NCBI GenBank assembly: GCA_934660915.1
Contig: CAKUIF010000001.1
Coordinates: forward strand, 192,319-256,318
DNA length: 64,000 nt
DNA from: an uncultured Olsenella sp.
Lineage (GTDB): Bacteria > Actinomycetota > Coriobacteriia > Coriobacteriales > Atopobiaceae
Direction: 5' to 3'
Positions 18,865 through 29,816 of the stretch are shown here, one piece after another. Under the pieces are notes generated by a model. That model was given only the letters and a program-made list of their open reading frames with translations. It was not told where the DNA came from and did not search any database. The translations under genes and the position numbers were made by a program. Positions within the stretch are counted from its first letter, which is position 1; each line of letters starts with the position of its first letter.

Positions 18865-19443
18865 ATGAAGGAGCTCGAGGACCGTATACGCAAGGACGGA
18901 ATCGTTCGAGAGGGCAACGTCCTCAAGGTCGACAGCTTCCTCAACCACAAGTGCGACGTCGCGCTTTACGACCAGATGGGCGCCGAGTGGGCCCGTCTTT
19001 TTGAGGGCAAGAAGGTCGACAAGATCCTGACCATCGAGTCTTCCGGCATCGGCATCGCCTGCGTGGCCGCCACCCACTTCAACAACGTTCCCGTGGTGTT
19101 CGCCCGCAAGACCGAGTCCAAGAACCTCGACGGCGAGCAGTACCGCACCCAGATCAAGAGCTACACCAAGGGCCGCACCTACGAGGTCATCGTCGCCAAG
19201 CGCTTCCTCGAGCGCGGCGAGCACGTCATCATCCTCGACGACTTCCTGGCCATGGGCTGCGCCCTCAACGGCCTGCTCGAGATCTGCGAGGAGGCAGGCG
19301 TCGTGGTCGAGGGCATCGGCATCGCCATCGAGAAGGGCTTCCAGCCCGGCGGCAAGGACCTGCGCGAGCGCGGCTACCAGGTCGAGTCCCTCGCCGTCGT
19401 CAACAGCATGGACGCCGCGACGGGTCAGATCGAGTTCGCGTAG
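18865..19443 (+). CDS. xpt: Xanthine phosphoribosyltransferase
   Basis: [29 protein letters not shown]...[11 protein letters not shown] PRTase motif. GGGAGG RBS. Confidence 0.85.
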   Translation: MKELEDRIRKDGIVREGNVLKVDSFLNHKCDVALYDQMGAEWARLFEGKKVDKILTIESSGIGIACVAATHFNNVPVVFARKTESKNLDGEQYRTQIKSYTKGRTYEVIVAKRFLERGEHVIILDDFLAMGCALNGLLEICEEAGVVVEGIGIAIEKGFQPGGKDLRERGYQVESLAVVNSMDAATGQIEFA

Positions 19444-19467
19444 CGTCTAGGCAAGCATCACCAACAT

Positions 19468-19503
19468 CCGGGCGGGTCGGGGAAATCCTCGGCCCGCTTT
19501 TTG
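19468..19503 (+). terminator. Candidate xpt terminator (imperfect GC stem plus T6)
   Basis: GGGCGGGTCGGGGAAATCCTCGGCCCGC followed by TTTTTT. Confidence 0.45.
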
Positions 19504-19587
19504 GGACAAAAGGGACGGGGTATTCTGTCCCAACTTGTGGAGACGCTCCACATCTTGGGACAGAATACCCCGTCCCTTTTGTCCCAA
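19501..19587. repeat. Perfect 33-bp inverted repeat with palindromic 21-bp spacer (nested or cruciform-capable palindrome)
   Basis: TTGGGACAAAAGGGACGGGGTATTCTGTCCCAA - CTTGTGGAGACGCTCCACATC - exact reverse complement. Each arm itself ends in TTGGGACA/TGTCCCAA. Confidence 0.9.
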
Positions 19588-19594
19588 CTTACGC

Positions 19595-19622
19595 TTGACG
19601 TATGAATAGATGCTCATATAAT
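19595..19622 (+). promoter_or_regulatory. Sigma-70-like promoter for the arsR-HMA-ATPase operon
   Basis: TTGACG - 16 nt - [16 protein letters not shown] before ATG at 19648. Confidence 0.5.
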
Positions 19623-19647
19623 CATTTTTAAGCGAAAGGAGCCCGAT

Positions 19648-19983
19648 ATGTGTGAAGAGCCCAAAGGCCCCATCCCCGTCGGAGAGGCACTCGAGGAGCT
19701 GCCGGACGAGGAGCTGCTCTACGACCTCGCCGACCTCTTCAAGGTCTTCTCGGACACGACCCGCATAAAGATCCTCTTTGCCCTCATGGGACGCGAGCTG
19801 TGCGTCGCCGACATCGCCGAGGCCACCGGCTCCACCCAATCGGCCGTCTCCCACCAGCTGCGCACGCTCAAGCAGGCTCACCTCGTCAAGTTCGAGCGCG
19901 ACGGCCGCAACATCGTCTACTCGCTCGCCGACAACCACGTCTACACCATGCTCAACCAGGGCATGAGCCACATCTGCGAATAA
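19648..19983 (+). CDS. ArsR/SmtB-family metalloregulator (CadC/CzrA-like)
   Basis: 111 aa. ArsR-type HTH region (TRIKILFALMG...SAVSHQLRTLK). N-terminal Cys2 and C-terminal HICE motif. Confidence 0.8.
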   Translation: MCEEPKGPIPVGEALEELPDEELLYDLADLFKVFSDTTRIKILFALMGRELCVADIAEATGSTQSAVSHQLRTLKQAHLVKFERDGRNIVYSLADNHVYTMLNQGMSHICE

Positions 19984-20032
19984 GGTCGGGACGGACGCCC
20001 GTGCCCGCCCCCAGCATTAGAAAGGCATTGCC

Positions 20033-20251
20033 ATGAAGAAGTCCTTCAAGCTCGACGAGATCGACTGCGCCAACTGCGCCCGTGAGCTCGAAGACGAGCT
20101 CGCGAAGCTCGACGGCGTCAAGTCCGTGTCCGTGAACTTCATGACCCAGAAGCTCACCCTCGAGGCCGACGACGCCGAGTTCGACGCCGTGCTCGACCGC
20201 GTCGTCGACTTCACCGCCGACGCCGAGCCCGACTGCGAGATCATCCGCTAA
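20033..20251 (+). CDS. Stand-alone heavy-metal-associated (HMA) domain protein, CadA-N-terminus-like
   Basis: 72 aa with DCANCA metal-binding motif (CANCA as in CadA MBD). Confidence 0.72.
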   Translation: MKKSFKLDEIDCANCARELEDELAKLDGVKSVSVNFMTQKLTLEADDAEFDAVLDRVVDFTADAEPDCEIIR

Positions 20252-20352
20252 TCAGCCCTCCCCTGCCGCCGGCGCCCGCGCGGCAGGGGCTTTTCGCACC
20301 GTAATCTATGAACGGTTGCTCATACATTCAGAATTTTGGAGATGAACGCACC

Positions 20353-22287
<1,935 letters not shown>

Positions 22288-22342
22288 GCGCGCGGCGGCC
22301 GGCCGGCGGACCACCGGACAAGCATCGTGCGAGCAGATCGCC

Positions 22343-22380
22343 CCCGGGCTTCTATGTAAAGAAACCCGGGACGTTTTTTG
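22343..22380 (+). terminator. Rho-independent terminator after the ATPase gene
   Basis: CCCGGGCTTCTATGTAAAGAAACCCGGG stem followed by ACGTTTTTTG. Confidence 0.6.
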
Positions 22381-22575
22381 TTACCGAAAAAAAGGGAAGC
22401 CCTCGCCGGAGAAAGGGGAAACGGCGAGGGCTACAAGGAAAGAAGGTATTTATCTTGTTCCCGCTGTTGTCCGGCTCAAACACCCGAAAGTTAAGTCCAC
22501 ATTCCCGCCACGTCCCCTCCACGCCCGCAACACAAACCCGCGAATCCAGTCAGGCAAAAATGACTGCCAAATCAG

Positions 22576-22619
22576 ACAGGCTGGAAATGCAGCTATTTCA
22601 GCCTGTCTGATTTGGCAGG
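22576..22619. repeat. Hairpin of the CAGACAGGCTG repeat family (R2), upstream of ygiQ
   Basis: GCCAAATCAGACAGGCTG...CAGCCTGTCTGATTTGGC. The same 17-mer recurs at 45692-45710. Confidence 0.6.
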
Positions 22620-22663
22620 CCGAACGCTACCATGGTGTGCATACGCCAAAAAGAAGGAGCCCC

Positions 22664-24673
22664 ATGACCCACGCCCGCCGCCAAGACAAGCCGACCCCGC
22701 AGCGCCCGCCGCGCGAGGCGTTTCTCCCCGTCTCCCGAGCCGATATGGACGCCCGCGGCTGGGACCAGTGCGACTTCGTCTACGTCTGCGGCGACGCCTA
22801 CGTCGACCACCCGAGCTTCGGCATGTCCATCATTTCCCGCACGCTCGAGGCCCACGGCTACAAAGTCGGCATCATCTGCCAGCCCGACTGGCACGACCCG
22901 AAGAGCATCTCGGTCCTGGGCGAGCCGCGCCTCGCCTTCCTAGTCTCTGCCGGCAACATGGACTCCATGGTCAACCACTACACCGTGGCCAAGCGCCGCC
23001 GCGGCAAGGACTTCTACACCCCCGGCGGCCGCATGGGCGCCCGACCCGACCACGCCGTCGTGGTCTACTCCAACCTGATCCGACGAACCTACAAGCACGT
23101 CCCCATCGTGCTCGGCGGCATCGAGGCGAGCCTGCGGCGCCTGGCGCACTACGACTACTGGTCCGACTCGCTCAAGCGCTCCGTCCTTCTTGACTCCGGC
23201 GCCGACCTGCTCCTGTACGGCATGGGCGAGCGCTCCATCGTCGAGATGGCCGAGGCCTTGGACGGCGGCATCCCCATGGACCAGGTCACCTGGATCGCCG
23301 GCTCGGCGTACAAGGCGCGCTCGCTCGACGACGTCTACGACTACGAGCTTCTTCCCAGCTACGACGAGCTGGTCGCGGACCGGCTCAACTACGCGCGGAG
23401 CTTCGCCGTGCAGTACCGCAACATGGACTCGATCTCCGCGAGCCGCCTCGTGGAGCCCTACCCCAAAGACAACCTCTACGTCGTCCAGAACCCGCCGTCG
23501 GCGCCCCTCTCGACGCCTGAGCTCGACGCCGTCTACGAGCTGCCCTATGCGCGCGCCTGGCACCCGGACTACGACGCCGCGGGCGGCGTGCCGGCGTTCG
23601 ACTTCGACGAGGTCCGCTTCTCGATAGCCGCCAACCGCGGCTGTTTCGGCGAGTGCAGCTTCTGCGCCATCACCTTCCACCAGAGCCGCGTCGTGCAGGT
23701 GCGCAGCCACGACAGCGTCATGGCCGAGGCCCGCGCCCTCACGCAGGACCCGACCTTCAAGGGCTATATCACCGACGTAGGCGGCCCCACCGCCAACTTC
23801 GGGCGCTCCGCCTGCGACAAGCAGGCCACCCGCGGCGTGTGCTCGAACCGCCGCTGTATGTGGCCCGAGCTCTGCCGCAACATGGTCGTCGAGGAGGACT
23901 CCTACGCCGACCTCCTGCGCGACCTGCGCCAGCTCCCCGGCGTAAAGAAGGTCTTCGTGCGCTCCGGCGTCCGCTTCGACTACGCCTTGGCCGACAAGTC
24001 CGACAAGTTCCTCAACGAGCTCATTCGCCACCACGTGAGCGGCCAGCTGCGCCTGGCCCCCGAGCACGTGAGCGACACGGTGCTCGCCGCCATGGGCAAG
24101 CCCAAGCGAGCCGTCTACGAGGCGTTCTGCCGCCGCTTCGAGCGCGCGACGAAGGCCGCCGGACTCGAGCAGTACGTGGTCCCCTACCTCATCAGCTCCC
24201 ACCCCGGCTCCACGATGAAGGAGGCCGTCGAGCTCGCCGAGGCCGTGCGCGACATGGGCTACATGCCCGAGCAGGTGCAGGACTTCTACCCCACGCCCTC
24301 GACCATGAGCACGTGCATGTTCTACACCGGCGTCGACCCGCGCGACATGCAGCCCATCTACGTGCCGCGCGACCCGCACGAGAAGGCGATGCAGCGCGCG
24401 CTCATCCAGTACCGCAAGCCCGAGAACTGGAAGCTCGTCCACGAGGCGCTCATGCGCGCCGGCCGCCAGGACCTCATCGGCTTCGGCCCCAAGTGCCTGA
24501 TCCGGCCCTACCCGCCCAAGCCCTCCGCCGCGGGCGGACGCGCCGGCGCAAAGAAGGGCACGGCCAAGAAGGGCTCCGGCTCGCAAGCCCCCGGCACAAA
24601 GAAGGCCACCTCCGGAAAGAAACCCGCCGCAGGTCAGCGACGCAAGCCGAGCGGCCCTCACAAGGCCAAGTAA
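22664..24673 (+). CDS. ygiQ: YgiQ-family (UPF0313) radical SAM protein with Lys/Ala/Gly-rich C-terminal tail
   Basis: N-terminus DFVYVCGDAYVDHPSFGMSIISRTLEAHGYKVGII and CFGECSFC radical-SAM cysteine motif. AAGGAG RBS before ATG at 22664. Confidence 0.8.
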   Translation: MTHARRQDKPTPQRPPREAFLPVSRADMDARGWDQCDFVYVCGDAYVDHPSFGMSIISRTLEAHGYKVGIICQPDWHDPKSISVLGEPRLAFLVSAGNMDSMVNHYTVAKRRRGKDFYTPGGRMGARPDHAVVVYSNLIRRTYKHVPIVLGGIEASLRRLAHYDYWSDSLKRSVLLDSGADLLLYGMGERSIVEMAEALDGGIPMDQVTWIAGSAYKARSLDDVYDYELLPSYDELVADRLNYARSFAVQYRNMDSISASRLVEPYPKDNLYVVQNPPSAPLSTPELDAVYELPYARAWHPDYDAAGGVPAFDFDEVRFSIAANRGCFGECSFCAITFHQSRVVQVRSHDSVMAEARALTQDPTFKGYITDVGGPTANFGRSACDKQATRGVCSNRRCMWPELCRNMVVEEDSYADLLRDLRQLPGVKKVFVRSGVRFDYALADKSDKFLNELIRHHVSGQLRLAPEHVSDTVLAAMGKPKRAVYEAFCRRFERATKAAGLEQYVVPYLISSHPGSTMKEAVELAEAVRDMGYMPEQVQDFYPTPSTMSTCMFYTGVDPRDMQPIYVPRDPHEKAMQRALIQYRKPENWKLVHEALMRAGRQDLIGFGPKCLIRPYPPKPSAAGGRAGAKKGTAKKGSGSQAPGTKKATSGKKPAAGQRRKPSGPHKAK

Positions 24674-24808
24674 GCTGCAGCCCTCGTGTGGATAGCCGGC
24701 GTAAGGACTTCTTGCCCTCGCCTGCGCTGCGCAACCATGGCAAACTAGGTTCTCGGCCGCCACGGCTCCATGAAACTCCGAGCACCCCTTGAATTGAGGC
24801 ATCACCAC

Positions 24809-25228
24809 ATGATCCGCGACATCGTCCGCTCCCCCATGCTGCTCCGCACGCCGAGCGAGCCCGCGGTCGAGCACTCCTCGCTCGACGCCGCCGTGGGCCA
24901 AGACCTTCTGGACACGCTCGCCGCCCATGCCGACGAGTGCGTTGGCATGGCCGCGAACATGATCGGCCAGCACAGGCGCATCATCGTCGTGGCCAACGGC
25001 GCACGCCACATGCTCATGCACAACCCCGAGATCCTCGAGGCCGCCGGCCCCTACGAGACCGAGGAGGGCTGCCTCTCGCTCGAGGGCACCCGCCCCTGCA
25101 AGCGTTACCGGCGCATCAAGGTGCGCTACCTCGACGAATGCTGGACCGAGCGCACCTTCACCTTCACGGGCTACGTCGCCGAGATCATCCAGCACGAGAT
25201 CGACCACTGTAACGGCGTTCTCATTTAG
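24809..25228 (+). CDS. def: Peptide deformylase
   Basis: EGCLS and QHEIDHCNG motifs. Internal start in ORF 24770..25228. Confidence 0.78.
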   Translation: MIRDIVRSPMLLRTPSEPAVEHSSLDAAVGQDLLDTLAAHADECVGMAANMIGQHRRIIVVANGARHMLMHNPEILEAAGPYETEEGCLSLEGTRPCKRYRRIKVRYLDECWTERTFTFTGYVAEIIQHEIDHCNGVLI

Positions 25229-25271
25229 CGGTGCGGGCCCACGGGGCAAGAAGTACTTCTCTCTAACTCCC

Positions 25272-25330
25272 ATGCGGCGGACGCATCCGACCGGTTTTCG
25301 GCCCAGATGCGTCCGCCGCATGGGAGTTAG
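25272..25330. terminator. Bidirectional hairpin terminator between def (+) and ddl (-)
   Basis: CCATGCGGCGGACGCATCCGACCGGTTTTCGGCCCAGATGCGTCCGCCGCATGG, about 20-bp stem. Confidence 0.7.
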
Positions 25331-25349
25331 TCAGTTTTTGAGCCAGCGG

Positions 25350-26405
25350 CTACTCGGCGAGCCTGGCGATGATGAGGTCCTGGAGGGCGTCGCCCAGCTC
25401 GTGGCCGGCAACGCGCATCATCTGCGGGAAGCGGCTGTAGTAGGTGAGGCCCGGCGTGGAGTTGACCTCGTTGAAGACGACCTCGCCCTCGGGCGTGACA
25501 AAGAGGTCCACGCGCGCGAAGCCCTCGCAGCCGAGCGCCTCGTACACGCGCTTGCCGGCCTCCTTGACGCGGGCGAGCAGCTCCGGCTCAAGGTCGGAGG
25601 GGCAGCGGAGCTCGGTGTTGGCGCCCGGGTCCTTCTCGAGGTGGATGCGGAAGAACCCGTCGCCCTTCACGACGATCTGGTCGACCTCGCCCATGTGGAT
25701 GCCGTGGACGGTGTCGCCAACGACGGCGCAGCCCACCTCGTCGCCGACGATGGCCTCCTCGACCGCGACCTTGTTGTCGAGCGAGAACGCCGTGGTGAGC
25801 GCCTTCTGGTAGCTCGCCTCGTCGGTTGCCTTCGAGACGCCGATCGACGAGCCGCCGCGCGCCGGCTTGACGAAGACGGGGAAGCCGCCGCAGGCCTTCA
25901 CGGCCGCCAGGGCCTCGGACACGGTGGAGCCGCGGTAGAGGACCTCGCACTTGGGCGAGCGGACGCCGGCGGCCGCGGCGAGGCGGTGGCTCGCGTCCTT
26001 GTCCATGCAGACGGCACTCGCGAGCACGCCGCAGCCGACGTAGGGGATGCCACAGGTCTCGAGCGCGCCCTGGAGGGTGCCGTCCTCCCCGCCCTGGCCG
26101 TGGAGGACGGGAAGCGCCACGTCGACGGGCAGCGGCTTTATGCCCCCATCATGGATAACAAAGAAGCCGCCGGCCTTCTCGCCCATGCCGGGGATGAGCG
26201 CGATCTTCTCGACGTCATGGGTGTGCCATCTGCCGGTCACGTCGGCGGGGTCGCCCGTGTAGTGGAGCCACTCGCCTTCCTTCGTGATGCCGATGAGCGT
26301 GAGCTCGAAGCGGCCGGCGAGCGCGCGGATGACGTTGTCGGCGGACTTGCAGGAGACGTCGTGCTCGGTGGAGATTCCGCCAAAGAGAATCGCGACCTTG
26401 ATCAT
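25350..26405 (-). CDS. ddl: D-alanine--D-alanine ligase
   Basis: MIKVAILFGGISTEHDVS N-terminus and ATP-grasp core. Internal start of ORF 25350..26489. Confidence 0.85.
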   Translation of the reverse strand: MIKVAILFGGISTEHDVSCKSADNVIRALAGRFELTLIGITKEGEWLHYTGDPADVTGRWHTHDVEKIALIPGMGEKAGGFFVIHDGGIKPLPVDVALPVLHGQGGEDGTLQGALETCGIPYVGCGVLASAVCMDKDASHRLAAAAGVRSPKCEVLYRGSTVSEALAAVKACGGFPVFVKPARGGSSIGVSKATDEASYQKALTTAFSLDNKVAVEEAIVGDEVGCAVVGDTVHGIHMGEVDQIVVKGDGFFRIHLEKDPGANTELRCPSDLEPELLARVKEAGKRVYEALGCEGFARVDLFVTPEGEVVFNEVNSTPGLTYYSRFPQMMRVAGHELGDALQDLIIARLAE

Positions 26406-26544
26406 GGGGAGACCTTTCTGCGTCGTTAGCCAATTCCGTTTCATGATACGCCACGGGTGCGCAGCCGCGGTTTTTGGACCCCGACGCACCGCCTGGGCGC
26501 CCGTATTTGTCGGCGCACGGCCGTCTGTCCGAGCTTTCTTGCCT

Positions 26545-26670
26545 TAGTGGGTGAACAAAACGGCACCCTGCGAAGTATCGCAAAATCAGCCAACGCATCT
26601 ACCTGCGGTTTTGCAAGATGCATCGCAATGGATACTCGCCCTAACCGCATTTTGTTCACCCACTAAGGAG
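26545..26670. repeat. MITE-like element with 19-bp perfect terminal inverted repeats (TTAGTGGGTGAACAAAA) and ~90-bp internally palindromic core
   Basis: Read directly. Sits between the ddl start and the marR end. Confidence 0.7.
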
Positions 26671-26737
26671 TTTTTGCGGCGGCACGCCGAAAAGCACAGC
26701 CAAACGCATGGTCGCGGCCGCTCGTCCGGCAGAAATG

Positions 26738-27196
26738 CTAGTCGCCGTACTCGCTCTGCGCGCCGAGGCTCGCGGCGACCCGGCCAAGCAGGTCGACGAG
26801 CTGGCCTTTCTCGCGCTCGTCGAGGCACGACAGCGCTGCCGCGTTCCACTCCTCCATGAGCGAGACGACAAAAGAGAACGCCTCCGCGCCCCCGTCGGTG
26901 AGGTACAGGAGGTTCGAGCGCCTATCGGTCGGGTTGGGGCGCCGGTCCATAAGGCCCGCCTCCACGAGCTTGGCAACGGATCTGGTGGAGTATCCAACAT
27001 CGACGCAGAGAGCATTGTTCATCTCGGTCTGCGTGCACCCCTCGTGCGTTCCCACGTAAAGCACGAAGTACATGAGGCCCTGCGTGAGCCCGACCTCCTT
27101 GAGCCGCGCGGCGCAGTTGGCCTGGAAATGATGGCGAAGTCCCGTGACGAGGAGGGCAAACTGCCGTTTTTTGGTTGTCTCCTCAAGATTGCTCAT
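26738..27196 (-). CDS. MarR-family transcriptional regulator
   Basis: Winged-helix region LTQGLMYFVLYVGTHEGCTQTEMNNALCVDVGYSTRSVAKLVEAGLMDRRPNPTDRRSNLLYLT. Confidence 0.75.
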   Translation of the reverse strand: MSNLEETTKKRQFALLVTGLRHHFQANCAARLKEVGLTQGLMYFVLYVGTHEGCTQTEMNNALCVDVGYSTRSVAKLVEAGLMDRRPNPTDRRSNLLYLTDGGAEAFSFVVSLMEEWNAAALSCLDEREKGQLVDLLGRVAASLGAQSEYGD

Positions 27197-27344
27197 TCCC
27201 GGAACCCCGGAGCTCGCCATTCTTTCCACCCCCACAAAGAAGGGCGCACCGACCGGCGGGCGCGCCCACGATACCAGCGGGGCCTATCTTAACCGAATGA
27301 GCCCAGCCCCCTTGCGGCGCCCGCCGCCCTCTCTGGAACGCGCG

Positions 27345-28235
27345 TCACGCCCAGACGGTCATGGCAAGCGTCGCGGCGACGATGAGGGCAAGCCCCGCGG
27401 CGGCGCGGCGGCTCAGGCGCTCGCCGAGGACGAGGCGCGCGAAGGCGATCGACACGAGGATCGAGAGCTTGTCGATCTGCACGACGACACTCACCTGCCC
27501 CGCTTGCACCGCATAGTAGTAAAAGAGCCACGACGCGCCCGTTGCCACGCCCGAGGCGCAGATGAACCCCAGCTCGCGGCGGTCAATCGTGTGCACGAGG
27601 CCGAGCTTGCCGCGGCACGCGACGATGGCCCACGCCATGACGAGCACAAAGCACGTGCGCACGGCTGTGGCCAGGCTCGAGTCCACGTGCTCGATGCCGA
27701 CCTTGGCGAGCACCGAGGTCAGCGCCGCGAAGACCGCGGAGAGGACGGCGAGCACAAGCCAGCGGCGCCCGCCCTCGGCGGCGCCTTGGGCTTCTTTCCG
27801 CTCAATCATGAGGAACGTCCCCGCGAGGATCACCGCCGTCGCCGCGAGCTTGACCGCGAGGTGGCTCGTCTCGCCGAACAGGACGATGGCAAGAAGGACC
27901 GAGAGCGCCGTCGACGACTTGTCGATGGGCACGACCTTGTTCACGTCTCCGGCGGCGAGCGCGGCGAAGTAGCAAATCCAGCTCGCGCCCGTAGCCAGAC
28001 CGGAGAGCCCCAGGAAGAAGTACGAGCGTGGGGTGATGGCCGCGAGCGCCGCCGGCACATCGCCCACCGAGATCGCCGCCATGAGCCAGCTGAAGGCGAG
28101 CACGACGGTCGTTCGCACCGCCGTGGCCACGTCGGAGTCCGTGTGCTCGATGCCCATCTTTGCCAGAATCGACGTCACGCCCGCGAACAGCGCCGACGCC
28201 GCCGCGGCAAGTATCCAATCCATATCGGTCTCCAA
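27345..28235 (-). CDS. EamA/DMT-family transporter (two EamA repeats)
   Basis: 296-aa 10-TM protein. Two homologous halves, each with an ILAK(M/V)GIEH(T/V)DS segment. Confidence 0.75.
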   Translation of the reverse strand: METDMDWILAAAASALFAGVTSILAKMGIEHTDSDVATAVRTTVVLAFSWLMAAISVGDVPAALAAITPRSYFFLGLSGLATGASWICYFAALAAGDVNKVVPIDKSSTALSVLLAIVLFGETSHLAVKLAATAVILAGTFLMIERKEAQGAAEGGRRWLVLAVLSAVFAALTSVLAKVGIEHVDSSLATAVRTCFVLVMAWAIVACRGKLGLVHTIDRRELGFICASGVATGASWLFYYYAVQAGQVSVVVQIDKLSILVSIAFARLVLGERLSRRAAAGLALIVAATLAMTVWA

Positions 28236-28295
28236 AAGAACGCCATCTCGCCGCTACCATAGTAGGCCTGTCAATTAGCCCCGACCCGCAAGGAT

Positions 28296-29480
28296 ATGCT
28301 CGTGACCTCGCTGCTTTTGCCCGTGATCTACCTCACGTTCGTCTCGCTCGGCCTGCCCGACTCGCTGCTCGGCTCGGCCTGGCCCGTCATGTACCCGGAG
28401 CTCGGCGCGCCCGTGGCGGCGCAGAGCGCGCTCAGCATGCTCATCAGCGCGTGCACCATCGTCTCGAGCCTCGCCACGGCCAAGCTCGTGCGCCGCTGGG
28501 GCACGGGCCGCCTCGTCGCGGCGTCGGTCGGCCTCACCGCGGCGGCGATCCTGGGGTTCTCCGCCTGCAAAGAGTTCTGGCAGCTCGTGGCTCTCACCGT
28601 CCCCTATGGCCTCGGCGCCGGCGCCATCGACTCCTCGCTCAACAACTACGTGGCCATCCACTACGGCCCGCGCCACATGAGCTGGCTGCACTGCTGCTGG
28701 GGCATCGGCACGAGCGTAGGGCCCGTTGCCATGGGCTGGGCGCTCGCGGGACCCATGAGCTGGCACGGCGGGTACCTCGTCATCGGTATCGCGCAGGCCG
28801 TCATCACGGCGGTGCTCTTCTGCTCGCTGCCCTTGTGGAAAAGGAGCGCTGGAGAGAAGGACGAGGGCGAGTCGGCGTCGAACGGCGCGGCCGAGAAGCC
28901 CGGCTACGGCGCGCTGCTGCGCCTGCCCGGCGCAGGCGCGGTCATCGCGTCCTTTGGCTGCTACAGCGCGCTCGAGTCGTCGTGCGGCCTTTGGATCGCG
29001 AGCCTGCTCGTGCTCGCGCGCGGCGTCGGCGAGGCCCAGGCAGCCTCGATGGTCGCGCTCTTTTACCTGGGCATCACGGCGGGGCGCTTTCTGGCGGGAG
29101 TCGTCGCCGACCGCATCGCCGGGCCGCAGATGATTCGCATCGGGCAGGGCGTCATCGCCCTGGGCATCGCGGCGCTCGCCGCGGGCGGCAGCGACACGGC
29201 GGTGCTCTCGATCGCCATCGCGCTCATCGGCCTTGGGTGCGCGCCCATCTACCCGAGCATCGTCGCGCTGACCCCGTCGCGCTTCGGCGAGGCGGCCTCC
29301 CAGGGCATGGTCAGCCTTCAGATGGCCTGCGCGTACGTGGGGTCGACCTTCTTTCCGCCCGTATGCGCGCTCGTGGTGGGCGCCGGTGGGGCCGCGTTTC
29401 TGCCATCGCTCTACGCCGCCGTGCTCGCCGCGATGATTGTGCTCGCCGAGCTCGCCAACCGCCGCTGCCGCGCGGAATAA
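28296..29480 (+). CDS. MFS transporter
   Basis: 394 aa, 12-TM pattern. MFS-like loop RRWGTGRL. Confidence 0.78.
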   Translation: MLVTSLLLPVIYLTFVSLGLPDSLLGSAWPVMYPELGAPVAAQSALSMLISACTIVSSLATAKLVRRWGTGRLVAASVGLTAAAILGFSACKEFWQLVALTVPYGLGAGAIDSSLNNYVAIHYGPRHMSWLHCCWGIGTSVGPVAMGWALAGPMSWHGGYLVIGIAQAVITAVLFCSLPLWKRSAGEKDEGESASNGAAEKPGYGALLRLPGAGAVIASFGCYSALESSCGLWIASLLVLARGVGEAQAASMVALFYLGITAGRFLAGVVADRIAGPQMIRIGQGVIALGIAALAAGGSDTAVLSIAIALIGLGCAPIYPSIVALTPSRFGEAASQGMVSLQMACAYVGSTFFPPVCALVVGAGGAAFLPSLYAAVLAAMIVLAELANRRCRAE

Positions 29481-29750
29481 CGGGACCGTCGGTAAGACCG
29501 GCGAACCACTGCGCCAGAATCGCCGACCGTCGGTAAGACCGGCTGCCCGCTGCGCCAAAACCCGGGAGCGTCGGTATCCGCAGCCGGGTTTCCACGCGCT
29601 GATAATACCGACGCTCCCCGATTCCCGCGCACAGCACGGGCCGCCTTACCGACGGTCGAGGTTTTAGGCGCAGACCCTACCGACGCTCCCGGTTTCTCGC
29701 GCAGCCGGCGTCGCGATTTACCGACGCTCTCGTTATCCCGCGCAGCCGGC
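29481..29750. repeat. Degenerate ~41-bp repeat array: 3 forward units (ACCGTCGGTAAGACCGG...CTGCGCCA..) then 4 inverted units (..GCGCAG...TACCGACG.TC)
   Basis: Read directly in the MFS / isochorismatase intergenic region. Not CRISPR (mixed orientation, no conserved repeat/unique spacer alternation). Confidence 0.8.
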
Positions 29751-29816
29751 GGCAATCGCGCCGATGTCCCGTCATTTGGCAAGAAGGGCCTCGCCCGCCG
29801 GCGCCCCCGCAGGCAC

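Noticed and set aside
29481-29750. CRISPR array hypothesis for the 41-bp repeat array (and for 48270-48478)
   Set aside because: Units are degenerate and occur in both orientations. There is no alternation of identical repeats with unique spacers, and there are no cas genes within 64 kb.
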